Assembly: GCA_047638675.1 (NCBI GenBank)
Contig: JBLIML010000002.1
Coordinates: forward strand, 30,017 to 94,016
Direction of reading: 5' to 3'
DNA: 64,000 bases
Origin: Planctomycetota bacterium
GTDB lineage: Bacteria; Pseudomonadota; Gammaproteobacteria; Eutrophobiales; Eutrophobiaceae
In this document: positions 21,206 to 28,872 of the stretch, in pieces
Position numbering within the stretch: the first letter of the stretch is position 1
Layout: each line of letters opens with the position of its first letter
Notes under the pieces: model-generated
What the model was told of the DNA's origin: nothing
Databases searched by the model: none
What the model saw: only the letters and a program-made list of their open reading frames with translations
Translations under genes and position numbers: made by a program

Positions 21206-21240
21206 GTCTGCTCCTGGCACTTAGCAGACGGTCAGATCGC
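21206..21240. repeat. REP-like hairpin repeat, copy C
   Basis: GTCTGCTcctggcacttAGCAGAC (perfect 7-bp stem) followed by ggtcagatcgc. A separate 9-bp-stem hairpin GGTTTGTTC-n14-GAACAAACC sits at 21150-21181. Confidence 0.5.
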
Positions 21241-21334
21241 CGATAAGCGAGAATTACGTTCTCGTTATATAAAAAAATTAAGCGGAATTAGTGTGCCGCT
21301 TACCCACTAGTTAAAAATCAGGAGCACGTAAAGT

Positions 21335-21742
21335 ATGAGTAAGAAACTAATAGGCGAATGCCTATGTGGCAACATAAAGTTCTCCGTGACAGATAGTTTC
21401 AAGGCTTTTTATCAATGCCATTGCAAGCAGTGCCAACAATTAACTGGCTCCGCATTTGCATCTAATATTTTCACCGACCCAGGCAACATTGAGTGGATTA
21501 GTGGCCAAACCAAAATTACGAACTATGAGCACCCTTCAAGAGGGTTCTCTAAGTCGTTTTGTAAAACATGTGGCTCAGCTGCACCATTCATAAACAAAGC
21601 TAAAACGTCACTAATTGTGCCTGCAGGTTCGCTAAATGAGCTTCCCGATATACAGCCGCAAGCCAATATATTCACCAACGAAGAAGCCTGTTGGCTAAAG
21701 CCAGGTTTGCAAGCTGAGAATTTCAGTGGTTTCCCAAAGTAG
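21335..21742 (+). CDS. GFA (glutathione-dependent formaldehyde-activating / CENP-V-like) family protein
   Basis: 135 aa, Zn-cysteine pattern CLCGNIKF...CHCKQCQQLTGSAF...FCKTCGS. Confidence 0.85.
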   Translation: MSKKLIGECLCGNIKFSVTDSFKAFYQCHCKQCQQLTGSAFASNIFTDPGNIEWISGQTKITNYEHPSRGFSKSFCKTCGSAAPFINKAKTSLIVPAGSLNELPDIQPQANIFTNEEACWLKPGLQAENFSGFPK

Positions 21743-21780
21743 AGTTTTTAACAAGGCCAGCCAGAGGAACCAAAAAACCG

Positions 21781-21906
21781 CCGCTTCGCTTTGGTTTTCG
21801 ACCCCTGCTGGAGGCGTTAAGGTCCGCTTCTGGCACATAGCCGCCATTCCCACAGGGTGATTTTGCTTGTTTTTAAGGTCTGCTGTACCCCCGTAAGCGG
21901 CCATTA
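21781..21906. repeat. REP-like hairpin repeat cluster, copy D
   Basis: gtccgcttctggcacatagccgccatt and ggtctgctgtacccccgtaagcggccatt; related to copies A-C. Confidence 0.5.
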
Positions 21907-21960
21907 TAACTAGAACATGTCTGACACTGCCTGTAAGACTGAATACTGACACCGATACAT

Positions 21961-22599
21961 CTAAGCCTTACGTCTTTGTGCGGCTTTTGGAAGGTCGTCA
22001 ATTGCACGTAGCTCTGGATCATCGAAGAGGCCTGGGTTTTTTTGATAGTCCAGATACATGTCGGTTGCATCAAAACCCCAGAACAAATGTCCGTCAGCCA
22101 GTATCGTGGGCACACCAAAAATGCCAGCGTCAATCGCCTCTTCTGTATTATTGCGGAGTGTCTGTTTCACGTCCGGCTGGTTTATTAACTCCTCTGGTTT
22201 ATCGACGCCTAAACCGCGAGTGAATTGAATCCATGATGAATCATCGTCAAGGGACAGGCCGTCCTGCCATATATAATTGAATATTTTATTAATCACCTGT
22301 AAATCATTATCCAAGGCGATGGCCAGGCGAAGGGCTTTTAGCGGTACAAATGGATGAGCCGGTGGCATTCGTAATGGGATACCGTGTTTTTTACCCAACC
22401 AGACAGCGTGTTGGTAAGTGAAAATACGCTTTGCTGCTATTTCAGCCGGTCCTTTGTTTTCCCAATGATTGAGTAGCCCGGCAAATAGAACGGGCCGGGC
22501 GTCAATTTCAATATCAGCTGGAAACGCTGGAAAACGTGACTGCTGCAGATAAGCAAAAGGTGAGATGAAGTCAAAATACCAGCTTATTGTCCTGGACAT
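21961..22599 (-). CDS. 2-hydroxychromene-2-carboxylate isomerase / DsbA-like thioredoxin-fold protein
   Basis: Track ORF extends to 22683. ATG 22599 (MSRTISWYFDFISPFAYL...) gives the usual ~210-aa HCCA-isomerase-family N-terminus. Confidence 0.8.
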   Translation of the reverse strand: MSRTISWYFDFISPFAYLQQSRFPAFPADIEIDARPVLFAGLLNHWENKGPAEIAAKRIFTYQHAVWLGKKHGIPLRMPPAHPFVPLKALRLAIALDNDLQVINKIFNYIWQDGLSLDDDSSWIQFTRGLGVDKPEELINQPDVKQTLRNNTEEAIDAGIFGVPTILADGHLFWGFDATDMYLDYQKNPGLFDDPELRAIDDLPKAAQRRKA

Positions 22600-22730
22600 A
22601 TGTGTTCTTAGCCGTTCAAATTCATCCTTAAGTTTACCCAGATTCGTTGAACTATCCAGCGGATAAAAAATATAAATAGTCATATAAAATAATGGCTTAG
22701 CTATTAAGAGTCTTTTATTTTCTCGCTATC

Positions 22731-22757
22731 GTCAACCAGCTCCCGCAGACAGCGTTA
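22731..22757 (+). promoter_or_regulatory. Candidate ECF-type promoter (AAC-N16-CGTT) upstream of the repeat-protein gene
   Basis: gtcAAC(22734-22736)-cagctcccgcagacag-CGTT(22753-22756), about 43 nt before ATG 22799. Pattern match only. Confidence 0.3.
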
Positions 22758-22798
22758 TTAGTACTCGTAAACCGAATAAATTAAACGTGGAGACTGTG

Positions 22799-23266
22799 AT
22801 GAGAAAACTAATCGTACTAACGAGCTGTATTCTGGCAAGTTCACTGGTAGCGTCCGTGGTGTTTGCGGACGAACCTGATCGGGGTGATCGCATGGATCAT
22901 CGTCTGGACCTTAAGGGCGACCGGATTGACGAAGGTCTCGATCGCAAAGGTGACAAGATAGATGATCGCCTGGATGCAAAGGGTGATCGCATTGAAGATC
23001 GTTTCGACAATCGAGCTGAGCGTGCACGTGAGGCAGGCAAAGATGCACTGGCCGATAAACTGGAAAGAAAAGGTGACCGTGCTGATAAACGCCTGGATAG
23101 AAAGGGTGATCGGGCTGGTAGGCAGCTCGATCGCAAAGGTGACAGAGTCGACCGTCGCCTCGACAGGAAAGGTGACCGTCTCGAGCAAAAGTTTGACCGT
23201 CGTTCAAATAATGACAATGGAAGGCCTCAGCGTCCCCAGGGTCCATCACCGCGTCGCGGTGGGTAA
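22799..23266 (+). CDS. Secreted highly charged protein built from 11-residue LDRKGDRxDxR repeats
   Basis: ATG 22799 preceded by GGAGA; signal peptide MRKLIVLTSCILASSLVASVVFA. Seven clear hendecad repeats each with KGD, one RGD near the N-terminus, C-terminal RPQRPQGPSPRRGG. Confidence 0.7.
   Translation: MRKLIVLTSCILASSLVASVVFADEPDRGDRMDHRLDLKGDRIDEGLDRKGDKIDDRLDAKGDRIEDRFDNRAERAREAGKDALADKLERKGDRADKRLDRKGDRAGRQLDRKGDRVDRRLDRKGDRLEQKFDRRSNNDNGRPQRPQGPSPRRGG
22904..23191 (+). repeat. 33-bp tandem coding repeats (3 + 4 units separated by a 57-bp spacer)
   Basis: Units start at 22904, 22937, 22970, then 23060, 23093, 23126, 23159. All six frames are open across the array, which produces four shadow ORFs in the track. 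Confidence 0.85.
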
Positions 23267-23278
23267 GATTGAAAGTGA

Positions 23279-23306
23279 GCTGACCAGGGGCTAGCCTCCA
23301 GTCAGC
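23279..23306 (+). terminator. Stem-loop downstream of the repeat-protein gene (weak terminator candidate)
   Basis: GCTGAC-ca-GGGG-ctag-CCTC-ca-GTCAGC; only a weak U tract follows (atcttgg). Confidence 0.3.
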
Positions 23307-23392
23307 ATCTTGGTGATAATGAACGCTCGGCAATCAAACTTAGCCAAAGGGGAGTTACGCTGGATCAGCCACAAACCCTGGAACAATTTCTT

Positions 23393-23899
23393 GTGAGTGT
23401 GGAAAAGCGCGCCTTTCGCATAGCTGAAATTGCTACCAGTAATCGTGAGGATGCGCTCGATATTCTGCAGGATGCAATGTACAAACTGGTACAAAAATAT
23501 GCCGCAAGTGACCCAAAAGAATGGGGGCCTTTGTTCCAGACAATCTTGCAAAGCAAAATCAATGATTGGTACCGGCGCAACGCGGTGAGAAATCGATTTC
23601 GTGTATGGTTTAATTTTGCCGGCGAAGATGCACAAGCAGATCCGATTCAGGGACTGGAAGATGAAAAAGCGGTGAACCCGGAAAGGCAAATCCAGTCTGA
23701 TAGAGGTATAGATGAGTTGGAATTGGCCTTAGGTAAATTGTCGCTTAGGCAGCAACAAGCCTTCATACTACGGATGTGGGAAGGTATGGACGTCGCGCAG
23801 ACAGCGCGCGTTATGAAATGTTCCGCAGGAAGTGTGAAGACGCATTACTCCAGGGCTATACACGCATTGAGAGAACAATTGGGCGAGCATTGGTCATGA
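23393..23899 (+). CDS. ECF-type RNA polymerase sigma-70 family factor
   Basis: Region 2 (EDALDILQDAMYKLVQKY...ILQSKINDWYRR) and region 4 HTH (LSLRQQQAFILRMWEGMDVAQTARVMKCSAGSVKTHYSRA). Track start is GTG 23393; homologous N-terminal sequence appears to continue upstream to a CTG at 23360 (see findings). Confidence 0.85.
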   Translation: MSVEKRAFRIAEIATSNREDALDILQDAMYKLVQKYAASDPKEWGPLFQTILQSKINDWYRRNAVRNRFRVWFNFAGEDAQADPIQGLEDEKAVNPERQIQSDRGIDELELALGKLSLRQQQAFILRMWEGMDVAQTARVMKCSAGSVKTHYSRAIHALREQLGEHWS

Positions 23900-24240
23900 C
23901 TGAAAATCAAAGCGACGATATTTTAATCGAGAATATCCATTCAAAACTGGACGCGAGTCTGCTGGATATTGATGCGGCTACGCAATCTAAAATTACTCAG
24001 GCGCGTCATCGCGCTCTAGATCAACAAGCTAATGTTAGGTCAATAAAATTCTGGTTACCCGCCGGTGCAGTGGCGACGGCCTGTATTGCCCTGGTGATGT
24101 TATCTCTGGTTTCTAAAACCACCATTGATGAGACCACGCCCATTGATGATTTCGAACTGATTAGCAACATCGATGATCTGGAGCTCCTTGAAGAGCTGGA
24201 ATTCTATGAGTGGCTTGAAGAATATGAATTGCCGACATAG
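23896..24240 (+). CDS. Single-pass membrane protein, DUF3619-like (putative anti-sigma/partner)
   Basis: ATG 23896 overlaps the sigma stop (ATGA). MTENQSDD...ITQARHRALDQQ, one TM (WLPAGAVATACIALVMLSLV), very acidic C-terminus. The longer track ORF (23776) is an out-of-frame overlap with the sigma gene. Confidence 0.5.
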   Translation: MTENQSDDILIENIHSKLDASLLDIDAATQSKITQARHRALDQQANVRSIKFWLPAGAVATACIALVMLSLVSKTTIDETTPIDDFELISNIDDLELLEELEFYEWLEEYELPT

Positions 24241-24439
24241 ATTGCTTGTATTTCTAATGTTTATATTATCTCCATCACTTCAAGCTGAACCTCAAAAGGA
24301 AGAAGAATCACCGACGCCTGCATTATTGGAGTTTTTGGGTGAATGGGAAAACAGTGATGGTCAATGGATAGATCCAGAGGAATTCGCAGATGAGGATTTT
24401 GCTAATCTATTAAAATTGACGAACGAAGAAGATGATTAG
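24224..24439 (+). CDS. Small secreted acidic protein (71 aa)
   Basis: Internal ATG 24224 gives signal peptide MNCRHRLLVFLMFILSPSLQA, then an acidic tail. Overlaps both neighbours, which suggests coupled translation. Confidence 0.4.
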   Translation: MNCRHRLLVFLMFILSPSLQAEPQKEEESPTPALLEFLGEWENSDGQWIDPEEFADEDFANLLKLTNEEDD

Positions 24440-25058
24440 ATTGCTAACTCAAATTGCCATGACCATTATTTTGCTGATGGATTTTGCTATTGCGCAAGAT
24501 GAATTGTCCTGGGAGCGCTTGTCGTCCGAGCAGCAGCGTGTGTTGTCTCCTATGAAAGATAAATGGGGAGAAATATCCGCTGAGAGACGCGAAAAATTGC
24601 AGCATGGTGCAGAACGCTGGAGCAAGCTTACACCGGAGCAGCGCAAACAGATGCAAAGCAAACAAAAAAGATGGCAATCGCTGGCGCCGGAAAAACGTGA
24701 GCAAATGAGCGATAGACTTAAGCAATATAAGCAACTATCCCCGGAAAAACAGGAGCGTCTGAAAAAACGTCGCGAATGGTTCAATGGTCTGGATCAGGAA
24801 GAGCGACAGGTATTACGAAAGAAATGGCAGTCCATGACGCCGGAGCAGCGTCAGCAATTCAAGACTGATCAGCGTCAGTTTACACCCGAAGAGCGAAAGC
24901 GCCTGGAAGAAAAAATCAAGGGTATGACACCGGATCAAAAGAAGTCACTGCGTGAAAAATGGCAAAAAATGTCACCTACAGATCGACGTAAATTTATTCG
25001 CAATAAAGCGCAAAGGTCTGACACACGAACGGACAAAAAACGAGATGCCAGAAGATAA
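24432..25058 (+). CDS. Periplasmic repeat protein, DUF3106-like (about 10 W-x2-L-[ST]-P-E-[QK]-R repeats)
   Basis: Signal peptide, then WSKLTPEQRKQM / WQSLAPEKREQM / WQSMTPEQRQQF and similar units; basic C-terminus. 8-nt overlap with the preceding gene. Confidence 0.6.
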   Translation: MIRLLTQIAMTIILLMDFAIAQDELSWERLSSEQQRVLSPMKDKWGEISAERREKLQHGAERWSKLTPEQRKQMQSKQKRWQSLAPEKREQMSDRLKQYKQLSPEKQERLKKRREWFNGLDQEERQVLRKKWQSMTPEQRQQFKTDQRQFTPEERKRLEEKIKGMTPDQKKSLREKWQKMSPTDRRKFIRNKAQRSDTRTDKKRDARR

Positions 25059-25075
25059 GTTGCCTCTTATGTCAC

Positions 25076-25594
25076 TTATTTGTCGGGCGCTTTGAGTTTC
25101 CTACCTTGCTGATTTAATAAATGTATATAGCGTTTAATTTGCTTATCCTGCAAGACCAATTCGCTACCGGTACGGATGAAAGACAGGGCAATCATGGCTA
25201 CCAGCAAAAGAATGAGTAAAGCGATAATCCAGGCAACAAAATAAGTTAAACGGACACCTTGACTTGTTTGTTGCCCATTAAGTGCAGGGCTCGTTTCATC
25301 TACATCATCTATCGTCGCCTCGTCGGGAAAACTGTGTGTCAGACTCTTATCCAGATTTGAACCTCGTTCTATTGCGCTGGCCAGGACTTCGACCTTGATC
25401 GGGTCACGGTAAAGACGCAGTGCTTCGAGCAGCACCTGAATACTGGCCCAGAGACCCACCAGCAGGAGGACAATACCAATCAGTCGAACAAAGGCCTCAG
25501 GCCAGGCCTTTAGCAATGGCTTTTCTGCTGGTGTCGCGTTGTCATTCCGTTGTGTATCTTTTTGGTGTGGCACGTCGTCGTCAAATTCGTACAT
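25076..25594 (-). CDS. Hypothetical two-TM membrane protein
   Basis: 172 aa; acidic N-terminus and two hydrophobic helices (FVRLIGIVLLLVGLWASIQVLL, YFVAWIIALLILLLVAMIALSFI). Convergent with the ECF cluster. Confidence 0.5.
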   Translation of the reverse strand: MYEFDDDVPHQKDTQRNDNATPAEKPLLKAWPEAFVRLIGIVLLLVGLWASIQVLLEALRLYRDPIKVEVLASAIERGSNLDKSLTHSFPDEATIDDVDETSPALNGQQTSQGVRLTYFVAWIIALLILLLVAMIALSFIRTGSELVLQDKQIKRYIHLLNQQGRKLKAPDK

Positions 25595-25721
25595 TTACTT
25601 TTTCCCTTGCCTGGTATCGTCATTATATATCGACTCTGACCTGCTTTGCTTTTATCGTTATAATTCGATGCATGTCAAAAACGAAGATATCAGCCAGGTC
25701 GTATATAATAAAGGTGCTAAT

Positions 25722-26786
25722 TTGAGCCTTGGTCCCCTCATGATGGACTTACGAGGTCCGCAACTGGAGCCGGACGAGCGCGAATTATTGCTACATCCGC
25801 TGGTGGGCGGCGTGATCCTTTTTTCACGCAATTACCTTGATGTAGAGCAGTTACAACACCTAACCCACGAGATCCACGCTTTACGTCACCCGCCCTTGTT
25901 GATTGCCGTGGATCATGAAGGCGGTCGGGTTCAACGCTTTCGTCAAAGTTTTTGCGCCCTACCGCCCTGTCATCGTTACGGGGATTTGTACGATCAGAGC
26001 AGACAGCTTGGTCTGGGCAGTAGCGAGAAGGCTGGCTGGCTAATGGCGGCAGAATTACTCAGTGTTGGAGTTGACTTAAGTTTTGCGCCAGTTCTCGATA
26101 TAGACACTGGGATAAGCCTGGTTATCGGCAATCGGGCTTTTCATCGTCAACCTGAGGTGGTGGCGGAACTTGCAAAATCTTTCTGCAGAGGCATGAAAAA
26201 AGCAGGCATGGCCTCGATTGGAAAGCATTTTCCAGGTCATGGCAGTGTTAAAGAGGATTCGCATCACGCAGTGCCCATCGACGGGCGTCGTTTTCAGGAT
26301 GTTGTGATGCTGGACATGGTGCCATTCGAACGACTGATAAGCACTCACTTACAAGGCATCATGCCCGCTCATGTGATTTTTTCACAGGTTGATAATAAAC
26401 CGGCCGGTTTTTCAAAAATATGGTTGCAAGATGTACTACGTCAGCAGCTGGGATTTCAGGGGTGTATCTTCAGCGATGACATAAGTATGGTGGGGGCGGA
26501 AGCGTTGGGGACCTATACCGAACGTGCGCAAGCTGCTATCGACGCCGGTTGTGACATGGTTCTTGTATGTAATAATCAAAAAGCCGTAATCGAAGTATTG
26601 GATAATCTGCATATTGAGATCAATCCGGCTTCACAGTTACGATTGATACGCATGCATGGACGAAAGCAAAAATTGACATTGAAAGAACTACAAAATGAAC
26701 CTCAGTGGAAGGAGATAGCAAAGGAAATTTTGTCGCTGGAAAAGGCACCTGAATTAGGATTAGGAGATGATGAAGTTCGAACTTAG
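25722..26786 (+). CDS. nagZ: Beta-N-acetylhexosaminidase (peptidoglycan recycling)
   Basis: GH3 motifs LLLHPLVGGVILFSRNY, IAVDHEGGRVQRF, KHFPGHGSVKEDSH. The track ORF (25539) carries a non-homologous extension; TTG 25722 (SD aaaggtg) or ATG 25740 is the likely start. Confidence 0.9.
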   Translation: MSLGPLMMDLRGPQLEPDERELLLHPLVGGVILFSRNYLDVEQLQHLTHEIHALRHPPLLIAVDHEGGRVQRFRQSFCALPPCHRYGDLYDQSRQLGLGSSEKAGWLMAAELLSVGVDLSFAPVLDIDTGISLVIGNRAFHRQPEVVAELAKSFCRGMKKAGMASIGKHFPGHGSVKEDSHHAVPIDGRRFQDVVMLDMVPFERLISTHLQGIMPAHVIFSQVDNKPAGFSKIWLQDVLRQQLGFQGCIFSDDISMVGAEALGTYTERAQAAIDAGCDMVLVCNNQKAVIEVLDNLHIEINPASQLRLIRMHGRKQKLTLKELQNEPQWKEIAKEILSLEKAPELGLGDDEVRT

Positions 26787-27693
26787 GTTTTATTTTTTAC
26801 TGATGCTATTGATTATGCCACTTTTTTCATGGGCAGAACTTGTTGCGCCAGAATGTAAGGTACTGGATGAATTTGAGGAAGTGACGCCAGCGCAAAGCGT
26901 CTACGGGAAGGGCTTGTTGTGGAAAGTAAGCAAAGCCGGAACTACACCTAATTATGTTTTCGGTACCATCCATGTCGCCGATGAGTCAATAACGAAAATA
27001 CCTGCCAAGGTCATGGCTGCATTAAATAATGCAAAGACATTTGCTATGGAAGTTATACCAGAAGCCTCGGAGTATGTGACATTAGCAAGTTTAATGTATT
27101 TTACAGATGAGCAAAAATTAAGTGATTTGATTTCAAAACCACTATTTGCAGAAGTAGTGAGACTTCTCGGCGCCTATCATTTATCTGAGGAGGTCGTTAC
27201 TTTACTAAAACCATGGGCGGCCTTTCTAACCTTGAGCTATCCTCCCGAATTTGGACAGGTACTGGATCTGCAGTTATTGGCTTTAGCACGGAAAAATGGC
27301 GCTGAAGTGAGCGGGCTGGAAACTTTGCGTGAGCAAGTAGATATATTCGATACAATGGCAATTGATAAACAGCTTAGATTACTCAGCGACACGGCCTGTC
27401 ATTACGATCTTGTTGAAGTCGATTTTGAAATAATGAAATCCCTGTACGTCGATAGAGATTTGGCCGGACTTTATGCTTACACGCAGCGATATTCACAATC
27501 AGATGACGACTTATATGATGAGTTAATCAAAAAACTGTTAATTGACCGAAATCACACAATGACGGAACGCATGCAAGTCATGTTGCAAGCTGGCAATGCC
27601 TTTATCGCTATTGGCGCGATGCATTTAGTCGGAGAAGAAGGGGTTCTTTCCCTGCTGGCGAAAAACGAATATGAAATTTCCCTTGTTTATTAG
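26767..27693 (+). CDS. TraB/GumN family protein (secreted)
   Basis: Signal peptide; LLWKVSKAGTTPNYVFGTIHVAD; C-terminal AFIAIGAMHLVGEEG. Confidence 0.7.
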   Translation: MMKFELRFYFLLMLLIMPLFSWAELVAPECKVLDEFEEVTPAQSVYGKGLLWKVSKAGTTPNYVFGTIHVADESITKIPAKVMAALNNAKTFAMEVIPEASEYVTLASLMYFTDEQKLSDLISKPLFAEVVRLLGAYHLSEEVVTLLKPWAAFLTLSYPPEFGQVLDLQLLALARKNGAEVSGLETLREQVDIFDTMAIDKQLRLLSDTACHYDLVEVDFEIMKSLYVDRDLAGLYAYTQRYSQSDDDLYDELIKKLLIDRNHTMTERMQVMLQAGNAFIAIGAMHLVGEEGVLSLLAKNEYEISLVY

Positions 27694-27708
27694 AATGAAG
27701 AGGTAGTA

Positions 27709-28809
27709 ATGGATCTGGAACAATATTTTAAGGCGGCAATCCACTATTTCAGCACTGAATCATGGGTTATTCAGGTATTTGTTATTGTCTTTATTTCGCT
27801 ATTAATCGACTGGATACAAAAGCGATTATTACGCAAGTTAAATAAAAAACTGGCAAAAACAAAAAACTACTGGGATGACACACTGGTCGAGGCAGCACAA
27901 CGCCCTCTGACGGCCTTAATTTGGGTGTTGGGCCTGTCATTTGCTGCCGAGATTGTTCAAACAAAATCTGAAGCGGTGATATTCGAAGCCGTTGAACCCA
28001 TACGTGAAGTAGGCGTGATCGTGGCCCTGGGCTGGTTCCTGGTACGCTTTATACGTATAGCAGAACACAACATTGTTAAACGTAGGATGGAGGCAGGTGA
28101 GCCCTTTGATCGCACAACCGCGGATGCTGTTGCCAAGCTGCTGCGCATTTCCGTCGTCATTACAGCGGGTCTGGTTATATTGCAAACCCTGGGGTACAGC
28201 ATTTCCGGCGTGCTCGCCTTCGGTGGTATCGGTGGTATCGCCGTTGGTTACGCCGCGAAAGATTTGTTGGCGAATTTTTTCGGTGGATTCACTATTTATA
28301 TGGACAGACCATTTGATGTGGGAGACTGGATACGGTCACCCGACAGGAATATAGAAGGCACCGTTGAAAAAATTGGTTGGCGTGTAACTTGTATCAGAAC
28401 TTTCGACAAACGCCCGCTGTATGTACCAAATTCGGTATTTACGACTGTCTCAGTTGAAAACCCTTCGCGTATGACTAACCGGCGAATCTATGAAACCATT
28501 GGAATTCGCTACGATGATGTTGGAAAGATGGCTTCGATTATTAGCGAGGTGAAGACCATGTTAAAGGAACACGAGGATATTGATGCCAGACAAACTCTTA
28601 TTGTTAACTTCAATGAATTCGCCTCTTCATCGCTGAATTTCTTTGTTTATACCTTTACAAAAACCACCAACTGGGTAAGGTTTCACGAGATCAAACAAGA
28701 TGTCCTGCTGCAGATCATTTCCATCATCGAAGCTCACGGTGCCGAATGCGCATTCCCAACATCCACTATCCATCTTGCCGGGCCCCCACCTCAGGAAGTA
28801 CCTGATTAA
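27709..28809 (+). CDS. Mechanosensitive ion channel family protein (MscS-like)
   Basis: 366 aa, TM helices followed by the MscS core GGIAVGYAAKDLLANFFGG...PFDVGDWI...GTVEKIGWRVTCIRTFD. Confidence 0.85.
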   Translation: MDLEQYFKAAIHYFSTESWVIQVFVIVFISLLIDWIQKRLLRKLNKKLAKTKNYWDDTLVEAAQRPLTALIWVLGLSFAAEIVQTKSEAVIFEAVEPIREVGVIVALGWFLVRFIRIAEHNIVKRRMEAGEPFDRTTADAVAKLLRISVVITAGLVILQTLGYSISGVLAFGGIGGIAVGYAAKDLLANFFGGFTIYMDRPFDVGDWIRSPDRNIEGTVEKIGWRVTCIRTFDKRPLYVPNSVFTTVSVENPSRMTNRRIYETIGIRYDDVGKMASIISEVKTMLKEHEDIDARQTLIVNFNEFASSSLNFFVYTFTKTTNWVRFHEIKQDVLLQIISIIEAHGAECAFPTSTIHLAGPPPQEVPD

Positions 28810-28872
28810 CTCGCATAAACCTGTTGGCTAAGGCTTTCCAAGCCTGCCTTGAGCCTGTAATCTGCCTTTATA

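Noticed and set aside
22841-23333. Four overlapping ORFs (22841-23188 -, 22897-23217 -, 22911-23333 -, 22962-23294 +) over the KGD-repeat gene.
   Set aside because: The 33-bp repeat keeps every frame free of stops. Only the frame with a start, SD and signal peptide (22799-23266 +) looks like a real gene.
25539-25721. N-terminal 60-codon extension of the nagZ ORF in the track.
   Set aside because: The extension is non-homologous, Cys/Ser/Phe-rich and overlaps the divergent membrane-protein gene. NagZ homology starts at MSLGPLMMDLRG (TTG 25722 / ATG 25740).
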